Numbered from the stretch's first letter, positions 1 to 14,880 are shown. The stretch is DNA of 64,000 nt from Eledone cirrhosa (GCA_964016885.1 OZ024740.1:257362001-257426000); one strand, 5' to 3'. The notes: a model not told the origin generated them from the sequence alone. Numbers and translations: made by a program.

Positions 1-499
1 AGAAAGACAGGGATTGGAGCGAGAGAGAGAGACAGAGCGGCAGGGAGAAATAAAGAGAGAGGTGTGTAGAGAATGAGAGGGAGGAGAGGGAGAACGAGGA
101 GAAAGTGAAAGAGAGGAAAGAAAAAGAGAAAAAAAGAGAGAAATGGAAGGGAAGAGAGTGAAAGCGATAGGAGAGGAAAATACTGAACAATATAGGAAAG
201 GAAAAAATAAACAATATTCAAGGAAAATTTAATGGATGCAAAACCATTCCGAATTTTGAAATAAGAAAACCTAGAAAGGGTGAAGCTGAAATGATGGGTA
301 GGGAATGGAGTGGGTTGAAAGATAACATCCTGATGTGGAAAGTGGAGGTGTAATTGACAGGTAACATGATGGTTTGTAGGAAAACAACAAATATATATCA
401 CTTATAATATGGAAATATAGAATAAAATAACAAAAATATATATATTTTAATTTCAAGCAAAACTCATGGTGTTTGGTTTCTATAATAGAGCAACAACAT

Positions 500-635
<136 letters not shown>

Positions 636-689
636 CCACCACTAACCTTCTATCGAACTCAAGAGTAGAAGTTCCACTGACTACATTGC

Positions 690-3600
690 CTACCTGGTGA
701 AGGTCAGTGAGCGTCTGGGAACATTCCAGATAACAGACAACCAGTCTCGGCCTATTCTTGACCCAGGACTGCAGCTCAGTCAAAGAGACCAGCTGCGGAA
801 TGGCCTGTCTGTCAAACGGAGCCCACACCTATTTACCGATTAGGCAGAATATCTGGAGATGCTTCAGCTTCAGTGAAAGTTTGCGCATCATTAGTCAGGG
901 CATGCCCAGCCCTCCACGTAGAGGGTGCTGGCAGTAGATGGACCGCCTCACCAACGGAACATGTTCCCTCCACAAGAAGTGGAAGAGGAGCTGCTCCAAT
1001 TTGGTGAGGCGTGAACGGGGGCAAAGGCTGACGGTCAGGTGTAGTAGATGATGGACGTGATATACGCGTTCGCCACCTCCATCCGACCTTTCAGGGAAAG
1101 TTTCTTCTTGGCCCATTTTCGGGGGAGACTGGCCACCCTGATCATCACCTTGTACCAATTCTTATCCACCTGCAGGTCTGGTCCGAACCATACCCCTAGC
1201 AACTTCAACGGTCAGTCTGTCTAGCACCCAACGACGCTATTGGACGGCATGGACTTGCCTCTCCAGGTGCCGAGTCGGAAGCCCAGCGACTTTTAGGGTT
1301 TAGTTTCACTCCTGTCAACTTTTTATATTCTTCCAATAAGTTGCAGACCACCTTGATTTCCGAGGTGTCCGACACCATCACGGTGATGTTGTCCGCATAA
1401 GTCGACACAGCCTTTCCGGGTCTTGGTTTGAGCAGGATGCCATGCAACAGCTCCAGCTTCCGCTGTAAAAGCTCGAGAGTCAATACGTAAAGAAGGGAGG
1501 AGAGAGGGCACCCTCGACGGACCAATCGAGAGATCTGAAACGGTTCCGAAAGGTTGTCATTAACTTTGAGTATATGACACTGTTCATTGAGGTGATCAAG
1601 TCTCTGAAGACGGGACCGAAGCCAGTCGTCTTGAGGACATCAAGCAATCGTTGGGTGACCCTATCGAAATCTTTTGATTAATCTAAAGTGATCAGACTAC
1701 ACCCTACGCTCTCTATGATGTATCGCATGAGATGGGGATTGTCGTATATGGACCTGGTTGGAATTGCGCAAGTTTGCGCCTCCTCAAATAAATCCTCGAC
1801 GACAAGCGCCAACCTCTTTGCTAACACCTTGACCAAAATCTTAAACTCTGTGTTAAGCAGAGTTATAGGCCTGAAGTTATCTAATGTATCCCTCTTGTCC
1901 TCGTTTTTCCTCATTAACGTCACTACTCCTCGGCCCTCAGTAATGGAATACTACCGTTCTGTTGCCAGTTGCAGTAAAGAGTTTCGAGGAGATATGATAA
2001 CAAGTCTGGAATGTCTACGTAAAGCTCGTATGGCAGAGCATCCAAACATGGCGACTTGCCCCTCACCCAGCCAACTAGGGCACCCCGGATTTCGGCTGAA
2101 GTATCGGCCTTTTGTAGCGCCCATCATCGGACGTCGAGAGGTGCGACAAGCTGTCAATGTAGTGACTGAAATCCGCCTCCCTTTCCGACCCGTCATTTCC
2201 TCCGAACAGCTGAGCAAAGTGCTGGCGAAAGGCCTGACACATCTACCTGGAATCGTTCAGCTCGCGTCCGTCTCGGTCCGTAAAAGACCGAATTGTAGTT
2301 TTATTACCCAGCTGCCCCTCCGCCACTCGGGCCCATCAAATAGCTTTCGTTCTCTCGTTTCTCAGAGCACACGCCTTAGCCCTGACAATGCAGCTTTCTT
2401 GTTTTTCACTGAAGATATGGTCTGGTGTCATTCTTGCATCTAACACATCGGTTGCAATGCCACTCCCAATTGCCTCATCGAATTTAGTTACTAAATGCCC
2501 CTCCGTTTTATTTTTTCCTATCGCTACGGATTGATATGAATTCTACTCTAATCACTCTCTTGAGAGCGCCCCGCCCCCTGTTGTTCACGATGGCTCGTGT
2601 CAACTGCTGCTTAACTAATTTGCTAATCCGGTCGCTGTAGACTTTACGCACTGGGAACGACCCGTTAAGCTTCCAGTGTCTACCTGTTCTATCTAGGTCG
2701 ACCATGCAGATCACAAACTTGTGGTCTGAATATGCGACCGTATGTAATTGTGGGCACCCTATACTCTCTTTATCCACTAACCTAATTAGAAACCTATCTA
2801 AGTATGATCTAGATGCCCCTAAGCGGTTTGGCCAGTTCCACATTGGCGTATTACGGAAATCTAGTCGGTACCTGTCAGACAGTTGAAACTGGATAATCAG
2901 GTTTTTGAAGCTTTTGCACCCCCTACTTCTATTGGCTACTCTCACACAGTCCCAGCTTCCGTCCAAGATGCCGTCCTGTCTACCCCTAACATTAAGACTT
3001 CCAAACGCCCAAATAAATCTGACCGTCCTGCCCCAGTCGGGGCGTAGACAGCCACCTTTACTATTATTCACATCTAGAACCACCATCTTACCACCCGGGT
3101 CCAGGAAGATCGTCCGTACCTCGAGACCCAGGCATTTCCTAAACAGCACTGTATCCCCACCTCCCATTCCATGCCGACTAAGAGATATGTAGATCTCAAC
3201 ATCGTCAAGAATAGGGGCCAGTGCGTGCGTGTCGGAAATTCTGGTCTCGCTGATGACTACCACATCCAAGCCGACCCCTGACCACGAACTTTTACGTATC
3301 CCACTCTTAACATCCCCATGTTGATCAGATACAAGAGAAAAGGAGGGTTACTTACCCTTCGGTTACTGTTGGGGGCCGGGTGGTTCGACCTCTATTCCTG
3401 GTTGGTGGGATTCCTTTGGGAACCCCTTTAAAAGTTTACTTGAGGCTTTTACACTGGGTGTTCGCACGTCGTTGGTGAAGTTCTCCCTAATTGTTTTATA
3501 ATTGTCTAATGCAATCCGCACCAGCAAAAGTGTTTGTGGCACCTTGAAGGTGCAGGTGCTGAATGCCTCCTTTTCTTTCTCTATGTCCTTTCTTCGTGTT

Positions 3601-5000
3601 ATGATGTTCAGTAGTTTTGTATTCGATTTCCTCACTAACACGAAGTTAGGTGTTTTTGTGGTTGTGAGTTGTTGCTGTGTGTTTTCTTTTAGTTGTTTGT
3701 GTTAATAGTTGTGTTGTTGGTGGAGGTGGAGCTTGTGTTGACGGTTTTGTTGTTGCCGGGGTGGGTGTTGTAGTATGTGTGTCAGTATTTGGTGTGAATG
3801 TGTCTCCTATGTTTGCTGTTGGTTGTGTTGGTTTGTGAGATTTCTTCGTTTTCTTTTTTCTTTTTTAGGTTTTTGGTGTTCCTTCTCATTCTCGCTCAGG
3901 AGTGGCATTGCAACCGAAGTGTTAGCTGCAAGAATGGCACCAGACCATTTCTTCAATGCGAACCAAGAAGGCTGCATTGTCAGGGCTAAGGCGCGTGCTC
4001 TAAGAAACGAGAAAACGAAAGCTATTCGATGGGCCCGAGTGGCCGCGGTGCAGCGGGGTAATAAAACTACAATTCGGTCTTTTACGGACCGAGACGGACG
4101 CGAGCTGAACGATTCCAGGTAGATATGAGCTGTGTTTGTGTCAGATGTGAGTAAGAGTGTGTATGGGTGTGTGTGTGTATTCGAGAGGGGTAGCGGGAGA
4201 GATTATTTGGAGTGCCCCCTTGGTGGTCTTAGTGGTCTTTGCAGTTTTTGTTTTTGTTGTTGGTTGTGGTGTTTCTGTGGCAGTTGCTGGTGGTGTTGTT
4301 GGTTTTGCTGGTGCTGCTCCTGCATTTTTTTGTGAGGTGATGTTGTTTTTGAGTGTTGCAGTTGTTGTTGAGGCCCTGGTGTTGGCAGCAACGGGGCTCT
4401 GTTGTTCCATGTGCCAAACGTTCCTCCAAGTTATCGGGGTCGATTTCAATAAGTTCTGTTATCATTTTTTTTTTCAGTTGTTGCTGTGGTGGTGGTGGTG
4501 GGGGTGGGAGTTATGTCTGTGGTGTTGACCGCTCCTACCGTTGTTGTGGTGGGGGTGGCGGTATTCATCGTGCTAAACATTGGCAGAGCTGGAGAGTCCA
4601 CTTTGTTTTTACCAGAAACATTTTGGTCACTGCTGCTGCTACTGCACTTCTTGCTATTGCTATTGCTGCTGCTGTTATTTTTGTTGCTGCTGCTGTTATT
4701 ATTTTTGTTGCTGCTGCTGTTATTATTTTTGTTGCTGCTGCTGTTATTGTTTTCAGAATTTTGGCTTTTCCACTCTATGGACAGCCCGACATCTTAATTT
4801 TCGTTGAAAATTGGGGTTCATGTTTCAAAAACAAACACAGATTTGGCCTCGAAGGGATTCAACTGGAGCTAAATGAACCAGCTCACGAGGATAGTGGCTT
4901 ACGTAGCTTCAAAAGGACATCAAAGTTTCAATGTTGAATAAGAGTGAAAGTGGAATAAACTTACAGGAGCGAAGTGAACCACGTCTTGAAAGACTGAACC
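690..5000 (-). mobile_element. Degenerate L1/Tx1-like non-LTR retrotransposon (ORF1-like region, APE endonuclease, RT), 3' part lost
   Basis: Minus-strand ORF pieces: APE-like MDVVVISETR...SYLDRFL...AYSDHK...WKLN (2508-3269); RT pieces LDNFRPITLLNTEFKILVKVLAKRL (1678-1923) and VRRGCPLSSLLYVL...YADNITV (1205-1525); 'QHPLRGGLGMP' C-terminal motif. Many frameshifts. The low-complexity Thr-rich 3300-4950 region is interpreted as ORF1 (inference). Confidence 0.85.
3896..4135 (+). mobile_element. Inverted fragment of the same Tx1-like family inside the ORF1 region
   Basis: SGIATEVLAARMAPDHFFNANQEGCIVRAKARALRNE matches the APE-RT linker seen at 11972-12154 (-) and 21590-21700 (+), in opposite orientation to its host. 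Confidence 0.75.
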
Positions 5001-5009
5001 ATAATAATA

Positions 5010-5325
5010 ATAATAATTGTTTCTACTTTAGGCACAAGGCCAGAAATTATCCCAGTGCATTACTGGTGCTTTAAATAATAATTGTTTCTACTTTTGGCAC
5101 AAGGCCAGAAATTATCCCAGTGCATTACTGGTGCTTTAAATAATAATTGTTTCTACTTTAGGCACAAGGCCAGAAATTATCCCAGTGCATTACTGGTGCT
5201 TTAAATAATAATTGTTTCTACTTTTGGCACAAGGCCAGAAATTATCCTAGTGCATTACTGGTGCTTTAAATAATAATTGTTTCTACTTTTGGCACAAGGC
5301 CAGCAATTACCAGTGTATTACTGGT
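5010..5325 (-). repeat. 65-bp tandem array (about 4.7 units) made of the SINE 3' tail
   Basis: ATTGTTTCTACTTT(A/T)GGCACAAGGCCAGAAATTATCCCAGTGCATTACTGGTGCTTTAAATAATA starts at 5016, 5081, 5146, 5211 and 5276; no variable spacers. Confidence 0.92.
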
Positions 5326-5695
5326 ACTTTATTTTATCGACCCCGTAAGGATGAAAGGCAAAGTTAACCTCGGCGGGAGTTGAACTCAGAATGGCAAGGG
5401 CCGTAACTCTATGCGTCAAAGCATGGCGTCCGACCATCTACCAATACTGCCAATCCACCGCCCTTGTGCTTTAAATAATAATGGTTTCTTATATTGACAC
5501 AAGGCCATCAAATTTGGGGGAAGAGAAGTCGATTAAATCGACCCCTTTGCATGACTGGTACTTTATTTTATCGATCCCGTAAGGATGAAAAGCAAGGTTA
5601 ACCTAGGCGGGATTTGAACTCAGAAGGTAAAGGGTCATAACTCTATGCTGCAAGGCCTGGTGTCTGACGCTCTACCGATACTGCCAATCCAAGGC
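5270..5695 (-). mobile_element. Two adjacent copies of a tRNA-derived SINE
   Basis: Reverse complement of the element at 28766-29027 (GGCGGTGGATTGGCAGTATCGGTAGA...GAGTTCAAATCCCGCC...GCCTTTCATCCTTACGGGGTCGATAAAATAAAGTACCAG); copies at about 5270-5462 and 5475-5692. Confidence 0.88.
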
Positions 5696-5859
5696 CAATA
5701 ATAGGGATAATCATGGTAATGGATTGTAGCGTTATTTACAGTCATTTTTGAAAATTATGGAAGTTAATGAACTTACGATATTTTATAACTGGAAGTAACG
5801 TTGTTGAGAAGAAATTAAAAAAAATCAGTAACAAGTGCCAGTAGTAAAGAATGGGGGAA

Positions 5860-8800
5860 TTTTAATGGATCCCCACGCCCTGCTAATATTGGCTTGGTGT
5901 CCGACACTTCATTGGACCACCGACCCCAGTGGGTTAGAGGCTATGGGAGAGTAGCCAGACAGAAAACTAAACCCTTAACAACATGATGGTAGTAACAAGA
6001 TGTAAACCATCCTGCATCGCTCGTCATGCGGATTACCAAGCGAGGAACCACACTGAGGTCAAAACGTCAGCAAATGGAACAACCCTCTCCTATCTACCCC
6101 TCAGTAACCCTCATATCGAGGACATACCTCACAATGAGACACACTGTGACAACACATAAATACATGCTAAAAAGCCACGACAAATAGAGAGGAATACAAA
6201 GCAGTTATGGCTGCATACTATATTGCCATCCTGTTTCAGAGAGAGAACTCATCAACGCAAGAAATCTATAGTATCTGGAGGAATTCCAACCCTAACTCCA
6301 GAAAATACGTGGACATGAATCAGCTAGCTAATGTAAGAAGAGACATGATGAGAAGCAAAAGACTCAGTGAATCAGAACTGGAAACCATCAAAGCAGAGAT
6401 AAGATGGAGACCTGCATACTAAAGGAGCAGCAGACGGTGAAATTATTACTGAAACTCACACAGATGAGAACCTCCCTTAACATGAACATTTAAGTGATGG
6501 CTCATTGGTTGATGTTGCTGTCTGGACAATGAAGGAAGTTATTCTCCGTGAGTGGGTGATTCTGGAAATACAGGACTTGATAGATCGGACAAAACTCCAT
6601 AAAGTGCCCAAAGTCATGCATCAGCTAAAGAAGAAGGTCAACCTAGCTGAAAAAAGCACTAGATGTAATCAGAGGTGGCCACGGAAAACCACTGACACTT
6701 GATGAGATTAATCAGCTGCTATATATGCCACTGGCAAGCTGCACCCCGAAATACGAACAGATAAAATAAACACAAAGGAAATACTGAAATGGCATACACA
6801 GCTGGAGAACAAAACTGCAGAGTTTAGGAGAGATGTCGCTCTCGTATCCGAAATAGATAAGGGAACTGACATCAACTCCAAAAGCTTAGAAATACACGGC
6901 TAGCTGGACAGCATACTGGAAAGAAATTGCTGAATCAATCAAGCAAAAGATACAGGAAAAGTCGCAGAGAATAAGCACATGCAAAAAAAAAAGAATCAAC
7001 TTCTTTAAACAAAACAACATCTTTGCCGAAGACGCCAAAAGATTTTATAGAGATTTAGGTAAGAAAAGTATTGAAATGAGGCAATCACCTGATCTTGATG
7101 AGTTTTAACACTTTGGGGCAAATATCTGGGATAAAGCTTAAGACCACAACTCCAATGGCACATGCTTGGAACAATTGGAAATCCCTGCTTGAAACCAGGG
7201 ATGGAATGAGAGCGGCTGACAAGAAATAAAAACAGCAGTGAGCATTGTTGGAAACTGGAAATCACTGGGAGAGAGGGCTTGCTGAATTTCTGGCTGAAAC
7301 ATCTGGATGTGCTCTATGAAGCCTTGATTTATCCAGGATTGTAGCAAACCCAAGAAAGGTCCCAAAGTGGCTGACAACTGGCATAAGGTATCTTCTACCG
7401 AAGAATGAATGTGCAACAAATCCTCGAATCTACCGACCAATTACATGTCTACCAACGATGTACAAAGCCCTAACGTCAGCGATCAGTGGAGATATATTGC
7501 CATCTGAACAAAAACGCTGTAAACGAGGGAATTCTGGGTGCAAAAATCAGCTACTGATAAATAGACTCATAACGGAAAACTGCAAACAGAATAATTAAAA
7601 ACCTGCCAATGGACTTCATAGACTTGCTAGAAGTTATTCGACAGCGTACCTCATTCATGGATCATAAAGACACTAGAAATGTATCACATATCATTCGAGA
7701 TCACAACTTTCCGGAAGACAGAGTGGAAAATTTCGATGGTCCTTCAACACCACAACGAACCACTAGAATCTTTGTCCCCTTTGCTAAGTTAAGTCGGTTA
7801 CTGCGGAGGACAGTCTACGATATAAAATAGACAACAGGCTACAGTCACCTTCCTTATATGGATGATACCAAGTTATTTGGAAACAATGATGGGAGGCTGG
7901 AAGGTTTATTGCACAGTGAAACAATTCAGTGAGGACATCCATATAGAATATGGACTGGACAAGTGTGCAAATGCCACATTCAAGGGAGGGTTGCTCTCTA
8001 ACCATAAAGATATTGTCATAGACCAACAAACCACCATAAAGTAACTTAACAATGAAGAGTTCTCAACTATCTTGGAGTTAATGAAGAGATGGAATCCAGC
8101 ATGCAAGTATGAAGGAAAAGATACGGTAGGAGTACATAAGGAGAGTGAGACTGGTAATAAAAAGTGAGCTAAACTGCTGCAACAAGTTCAAAGCCATTAA
8201 CAGTCTAGCAGTACAAGTTGTAACATAGAGCTTTAACATCATAAACTGGAACCTGCAAGAACTACAAAGGTTGGACACTAAGACAAGGAAACTATTGACA
8301 ACGGAAGAAATACACCACCCTAAAGACGATGTACATAGGCTGTATATCTCAAGGAGAGAGGGTGGAAGGGGCCTCCGACAACTGGAAGTTGCATACAAAA
8401 CAGCAACCATTGGATAACTACCTCCACCACACCCGAGATGAACTCCTTATGTCTGTACTCAAGCTTGAACGAATTAAGTAACTACACTCAATAACAAGAG
8501 AGGCAAGGAGATTTAGGCAAAAACTGAACATGGAACAAGACATACCCATAGAAAATCAACAACAGAGTGCTGCACAGCTATCTATGATTGTGGAGATCAA
8601 AGCAAAGCAACACAAAACAGGAACTAAACCGTGAATAGAAGGTAAACCACTACAGGGTAGATTCCCAGAACGACTTTCTAACAATGATAACGACCAGCAT
8701 GGCTCACTATCCTGGCTCAGAAGTGCCGAGAGACTCACAGTTGCTGCACAAGACCAATCCCTAAACACTCGGGCTTATAGACACAGAATATTGCGAGATG

Positions 8801-9458
8801 AGACTAGCCATCTATGCAGAATATGCTACAAACAAGAAGAAACGGTAAATTATATTATCACCAGTTGTCCAGAGCAGGCAACAACTGACTATATCGAAAG
8901 ACACAACAAATTGCCAAATATGTGCACCGGATACTCTGCCTTTATCATGCCATCCAAACCTCTAACAAATGGTATGAACAACAAACAAAAACAGTCATGG
9001 AAAAGGGGCAACATATGCATCTTGTGGGATATGCCTGTCATAATCGACCGAGAAATCGCTGCTGACAGACCAGATATCATCGTAAATAACAGAACCGACA
9101 TGTAGCCTTATAGATATTTCCGTACCATCTGACAAGAATACATCTATAAAAACAATGGAAAAACTGTCAAAATAGATAGACCTGGAAATAGAGATGAACC
9201 GCATGTGGAGGATGACCATAAACACTCTCCCTGTGGTAATAGGAGCATTAGGATTAATACAGAAATCAACAGACATGCACCTTAGCGTCCTTCCCTGCAA
9301 GATCAGAAAATATGAGCGGGCTACTAGGAACAGCACACATTCTCAAACGAGTTTTCTCTATACAGTCAAAAGATCTATTGCGCTAGGTTCAAAACCTGAT
9401 CCTGGCAACAGAGAAACAGAATTGAGCTAATCAAATAACACACAATAATAATAATAAT
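5860..9458 (+). mobile_element. Degenerate R4/Dong-like non-LTR retrotransposon (RT, CCHC, restriction-like endonuclease)
   Basis: RT remnants (YRPITCLPTMYK near 7430; HLPYMDD near 7850; YGLDKCA), HHPKDDVHRLYISREEGGRGL, CRICYKQEETVNYIITSC zinc knuckle, YIERHN, ILWDMPVIIDREIAADRPDIIV and LIDISVP (PD..D RLE); ends in (TAA)n. Confidence 0.85.
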
Positions 9459-12400
9459 GATTTCTTTATTAACCACAAAGGGTTTACATCAATAACATTG
9501 TTATGACAGTACAGGACGAACAGATAGATAGATAGATAGAGAGAGAAGAGAGAGCGAAAGAGAGAGAGAGGCAGAGAGAGAGAGCGAGAGAGAGAGAGAG
9601 AGAGAGTGTGTGTGTGTGTGTGTGTGTGAGTGTGTGGGTATTGGTGTGTGGGTTTTTCGTCTAAACAAATGTTAACAATGTTAAAAAAAGATAATTAAAT
9701 TAAAACAATGCGGGTTCCTCAATAGGGAGGAAACGTTCAGGGATCAATCGTGTAAAAAACCCCATAAAATCCCGGATGCTTTAGGGTAAGTGACTTGTCC
9801 CAGCTGTACTCCTCCAACCTACAGGCTTACACTCAGAGCAGGCCCATTCAGTTGGCCCTTGCTCGCTTCTCTCACCCACCTTTCAACAAATTGCTTTGAA
9901 GGCAACACTTCGCTCTCTACGCTGATTTTTCTCCTCAAATGGAACTTGTAGAAGTTAATCGGGGATTCTCCAAAGATGAAAGTGCTCGTCTTCAAATCTT
10001 TCAAGCGTGTCCACCATACAACGTCTTTCGCCATGTCCACAAGGCTTCTAAACACTGCGCGTCCTTCTTGACTAAAAGAAGTCGCCGGGCCAATCTTCGC
10101 AATGGACTCGTTTCATAACCGAATTTGTCCTACACACGAAAGCCAGTATTCGACATAAACCTTCAAGTCAGCATTGCTCGGACACTGAACGATTGCGTCC
10201 AGCGCGCATCTCGGAACAGTCTTGGCTGACGGCACTTCCACGTCTGAAGAGTACATCTCGAACTGGCAAAGCTCCTCATTAGCACTGCCAGGCCAGGGAT
10301 TTCTGGAAATTATCCATGAACCCCGGACGGAAAGTCCTTCGAAAAGAGTGGCTAGTTGAATATCGTCGATGTCTAGAGTTTCCCTAAGAAAGTCGGCGCT
10401 TTTATCGATTTGTGAAGGGCTGTAAGCGAGAGCAGATCTTCCAGTTACCAAGTGCTCTCCCTTGGTCTACGCTTCACTCAGGACTGTAGCTCCGTTAATG
10501 ATACGAGCTGGGAAACATGCATCTGGTGAACGGTGATTCAACGTTAAGGAAAAAATAGACATGCCGTAGCCTCAGCGTATGTCTTGCGCATCATAAGCCA
10601 CGGCATTCCCAGTCCTCCAAGCAGGGGCTGTTAACAGCAGATGGACCGCCTGATCATTGGAACACGTCCCTTCCATAATAATCGGAAGAGCAAATGCTCA
10701 AATACAGCCAGAAGTGGTTTGGAACAGGGCACGATGGTCAAACGGTAGTAGAAAACGGACGCGATGAAGGCGTTCGCCACCGCTGCCCTACCTTTCACTC
10801 TATTCGTCACTTCATCACAATTTCTATCTATCTGGAGGTCAGGACCGAACCAGCCCCGAGGACTTTAAACGTCTCGTCCGTCCAGCGTCCAACAACACTG
10901 TTAAACAGCATGGACTTGCCCCTCCGTGTGCCGAGTTGTAGGCCCACGGATTTTTCCTGGTTGATTTTTGATACTGTCAGCGCTTTGTATTCATTTAGAG
11001 CAGTGTGAATCACCTTAATGCGTTTGGTGTTCGATACTACGATTGTGACATCGTTGGCATAAGCCGACACAGATCTTCCATGTCCTAGTTCACGCGGGAT
11101 GCCCCTCAACCTCTCTAATTTGTGTAACAGTGGCTCGGGAGTCAATACTAACAACTGGGACGAGAGAGGACAGCCCGGGAGGACCGGACGCATGATGTTG
11201 AACGGTTCCGAGAGGTGACCGTGCAATATGACCACAGAGCAGATGTCACTATTCATAGCAGTTATCCATCCTTAGAAAACCGGCCCAAAGCCTGTTGCTT
11301 TGACGACTGCTGCTAGGTACCGATGGTCGACCCTATTGAACGCTTTTGAATTGATCCAAGTTGATCAGGGCCCCACACGCGCCAGGTTCTTTAGCCACGC
11401 TCTATATGATGTATCGCATGAGATGAAGGTTGTCGTGGATGGATCTTTTGTGAATAGCACATGTCTGTGCCTCTCCTTCCAGACCACAAACGACAAGCGA
11501 CAACCTCATTTCTCGCACCTTGGCCAACATTTTTAAATCTGCATCTACCAGATGTATGGACCTAAACTTATGTATATTCTCCCCCTGTTTGGGTCTTTTC
11601 TCAGCAGTGCCACCCATCAACGGCTCACAGAACTGGGAATTCTTCCGTTCTGTTGCCAGTTGCAGTAGAAGCCTGTCAAGAGGTCATCAAACAAGTCTAA
11701 CACGTAGTACAGACCATCCAAACCAGGCGATTTTCCCGTCGTGCAGTCAGCTAATGTCCCCTGTACCTCAACGGCTATTATTGGCTTTTCGCACCACTCC
11801 ACTTCTGTCACCGATCACCGCGGCAGGCCGTCGAGATAGGTTGTGAAGTCCATCTCGCAATCCATTCCGCCCCCGCTCCCGAACACGGGCAAAGTGTTGC
11901 TGAAAAGTCGCACATTCTTGGGATCGAGTATCATGCGCCCGTTATGGTGTTCCAGAGATCGAATTGTGGCCTCACCGTGCCTCTACCACACGAGCCCATT
12001 GAAGGGCTTTCGTCCCATCATGTCTAATAACATGCGCCTTAGCTCTGACCACGCAGCCTTCGGGCTTAGCATTGATGAATTGGTCTAGGACCAATCTCAC
12101 CGCAAGAACGTCGGATGCGATGCCTTTGCTAATTGCCTCTTCAATGTTTTTCACTAGTTCCCTCTCTCCTCTAGTTTTCTCTATTGCTAAAGCTTTGCTA
12201 ATCCTTATTGATTCTACCTAAGTCGCCCTTTCCATGGCGTACCGCCACTTTTGACGATTGGCCCTGTGAATGCCCACTTAACTAAGTCACTAATCAGGTC
12301 TGTAGGCGTTGCGCGTTAAGAATGAGGTGTTTAGCTTCCAGTAACCTGGTCCATACCTATGGAGCCGATCTAGATCTACTACACATGTCACAAATCTATG

Positions 12401-12730
12401 GTCTCTGTAATCAACTAGTTGAAATTGCGGACAACTTATGCTATCTCTGTCTACTTCCCTACAGAATACCCTATCTAGATAGGACCTGGATGACTCGATG
12501 CGGTTTGACCATGTCCGTATTGGCGCATTCGGAAAATCCAATCGGTATCTGTCAGACAGGTGGAAGCATCTTAGTAGATTTGTGAGGCTTCTGCATCCTC
12601 CTCCCTAATCTGTTAGTCCCACACAACCCCAGCATGCATCTAAGATAACGTTCCTTCGCCTATTAATACTAAAGAGCGAGACTTTCCCAGAAAGTCTTCC
12701 GGCGGAAGAAATCAGTCTGCCTTACCACTA
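9459..12730 (-). mobile_element. Degenerate L1/Tx1-like LINE with intact 3' end
   Basis: Minus-strand ORF pieces: APE (SYLDRVF...DHRFV...GPGYWKLN), GKSPGLDGL, FRSIHLVDADLKMLAK, PGCPLS...YANDVTI, C-terminal KDVVWWTRL; 3' terminus CCCTTTGTGGTTAATAAAGAAATC(ATT)n. Confidence 0.88.
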
Positions 12731-12734
12731 GAAA

Positions 12735-13700
12735 ACTCTTATAAAATAACTAGTGTAGGACTAAATAAATGCATAATAAAGGAAAAGCTAATACAAATAG
12801 CCACAAAACATGAACAAAACAAAAAACTGTTCGCGGTCTTCAAGGAAGCCAAACAATTCAAATCAGAAACTGGATTAACAGATAATTGTGAGGAAAACGA
12901 AAACAAAGAAAGAACAACAGAAATTGTGAAAGACATAGCATTTAAATTGAAAACCGACTTCCAGAATTCCATGTTAAAATGATGGCAAGAGAAATCCTTA
13001 CATGGCCAATACCCCCAAAGAGCTAAATAGAAAGAAAGTAGACAAGAAAAAAAAACCCTACAAAACTGGCACCGAAGCACTGGACTAAAAGCTGAGACGG
13101 AAGTATTTCTAATTCAGCACAAGACCAAAGCCTGCCTAACAAAATCTACCAGAAGTACATAATAAAACAAAGAACAATAACTGGAGCATATGTGGAGCAT
13201 TATGAAATATCAACAGAAAAAATATGATACAAACACAGACCAGAAAAAGTGTCAGAGAATAACAAAGCAACCATTCTCTGGGATATGCCAATACATACCC
13301 ATAGAGAGATCAAGGCCAACCGACGTGATATTATAGTCAAAGAACACAAAAACGCCTTCTAATAGATGTATCCATTCCCAAGATGTATCTATTCTAATAA
13401 ACTCTTCAAATATAATGATCTAGAGATAGAAATGACACGAATGTGGAAAATGAAAACAGAAACAATACCCATAATAATAGGTGCTCTAGGAATGAGAGAA
13501 ACACACAAACAAATACATAGCCAAACCCCAAAGACTTACAAATATATACAGCATACAAAGATAGCACATATTACGAAAAGTACTGAAAAGTACTATCAAT
13601 ACATTAGAAACAACATCAGCAAAAACTGCACTGCTCATACAAGGCGCACAGAGCTGTGCTCAGTAAAGAGTAATGATGCGCAACAATAATAATAATGGAA
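12735..13700 (+). mobile_element. 5'-truncated R4/Dong-like LINE (RLE region)
   Basis: LHGQYP, GLKAETE, ILWDMPIHTHREIKANRRDIIVK, KYNDLEIEMTRMWKMKTETIPIIIGALG; same clade as 5860-9458; followed by (TAA)n. Confidence 0.82.
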
Positions 13701-13785
13701 ATGATAATAATACTAATAGAAGAAGAAGAAGAAGAAGAAGAAGAAGAAGAAGAAGAAGAAGAAGAAGAAGAAGAAGAAGAAGAAG

Positions 13786-13815
<30 letters not shown>
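13684..13815. repeat. Compound (TAA)n/(GAA)n/(CAA)n microsatellite
   Basis: Directly visible; source of the poly-R, poly-T and poly-L ORFs. Confidence 0.95.
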
Positions 13816-13816
<1 letters not shown>

Positions 13817-14259
13817 GTAACCACATCAATATCAACAACATCAACGGTAACAACAGCAACAACAACATCGAAAACAACTGCTACAAAAGTCACTAGAAAC
13901 ACCAGAATAAACAAGAGCTGCAAAACGAGGAGATGGAGACCAACCAACGATTTGCAAGATAAAATATTACATTTGAAAACTGAGAACTTGAAACGTTAGT
14001 TTGAAGCGAATATGTCACTAAAAAATGGTAATGAGGTGCATAAAATACATTTTGTTGCAAATTTTCAAAGAAATTCGCATTTCAAATTACCTAAAAACAA
14101 ACAAACAAAACACCTAACAACGAAAAATGAATGAAAATATCAATATATTATGTGTGCGTTCATGTGTATATGTGTATGTATATACGCATATATATGTTTA
14201 TTCACACACACATACATGTGTATATTAAAACTTTATTAAGAATCAATATACATGTATAC

Positions 14260-14880
<621 letters not shown>

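Noticed and set aside
1688-2443. 251-aa plus-strand ORF
   Set aside because: Antisense shadow of the Tx1-like RT region.
5010-5325. CRISPR-like regular array
   Set aside because: The units are wholly repeated with no unique spacers and equal the SINE 3' tail; eukaryotic context and no cas genes.
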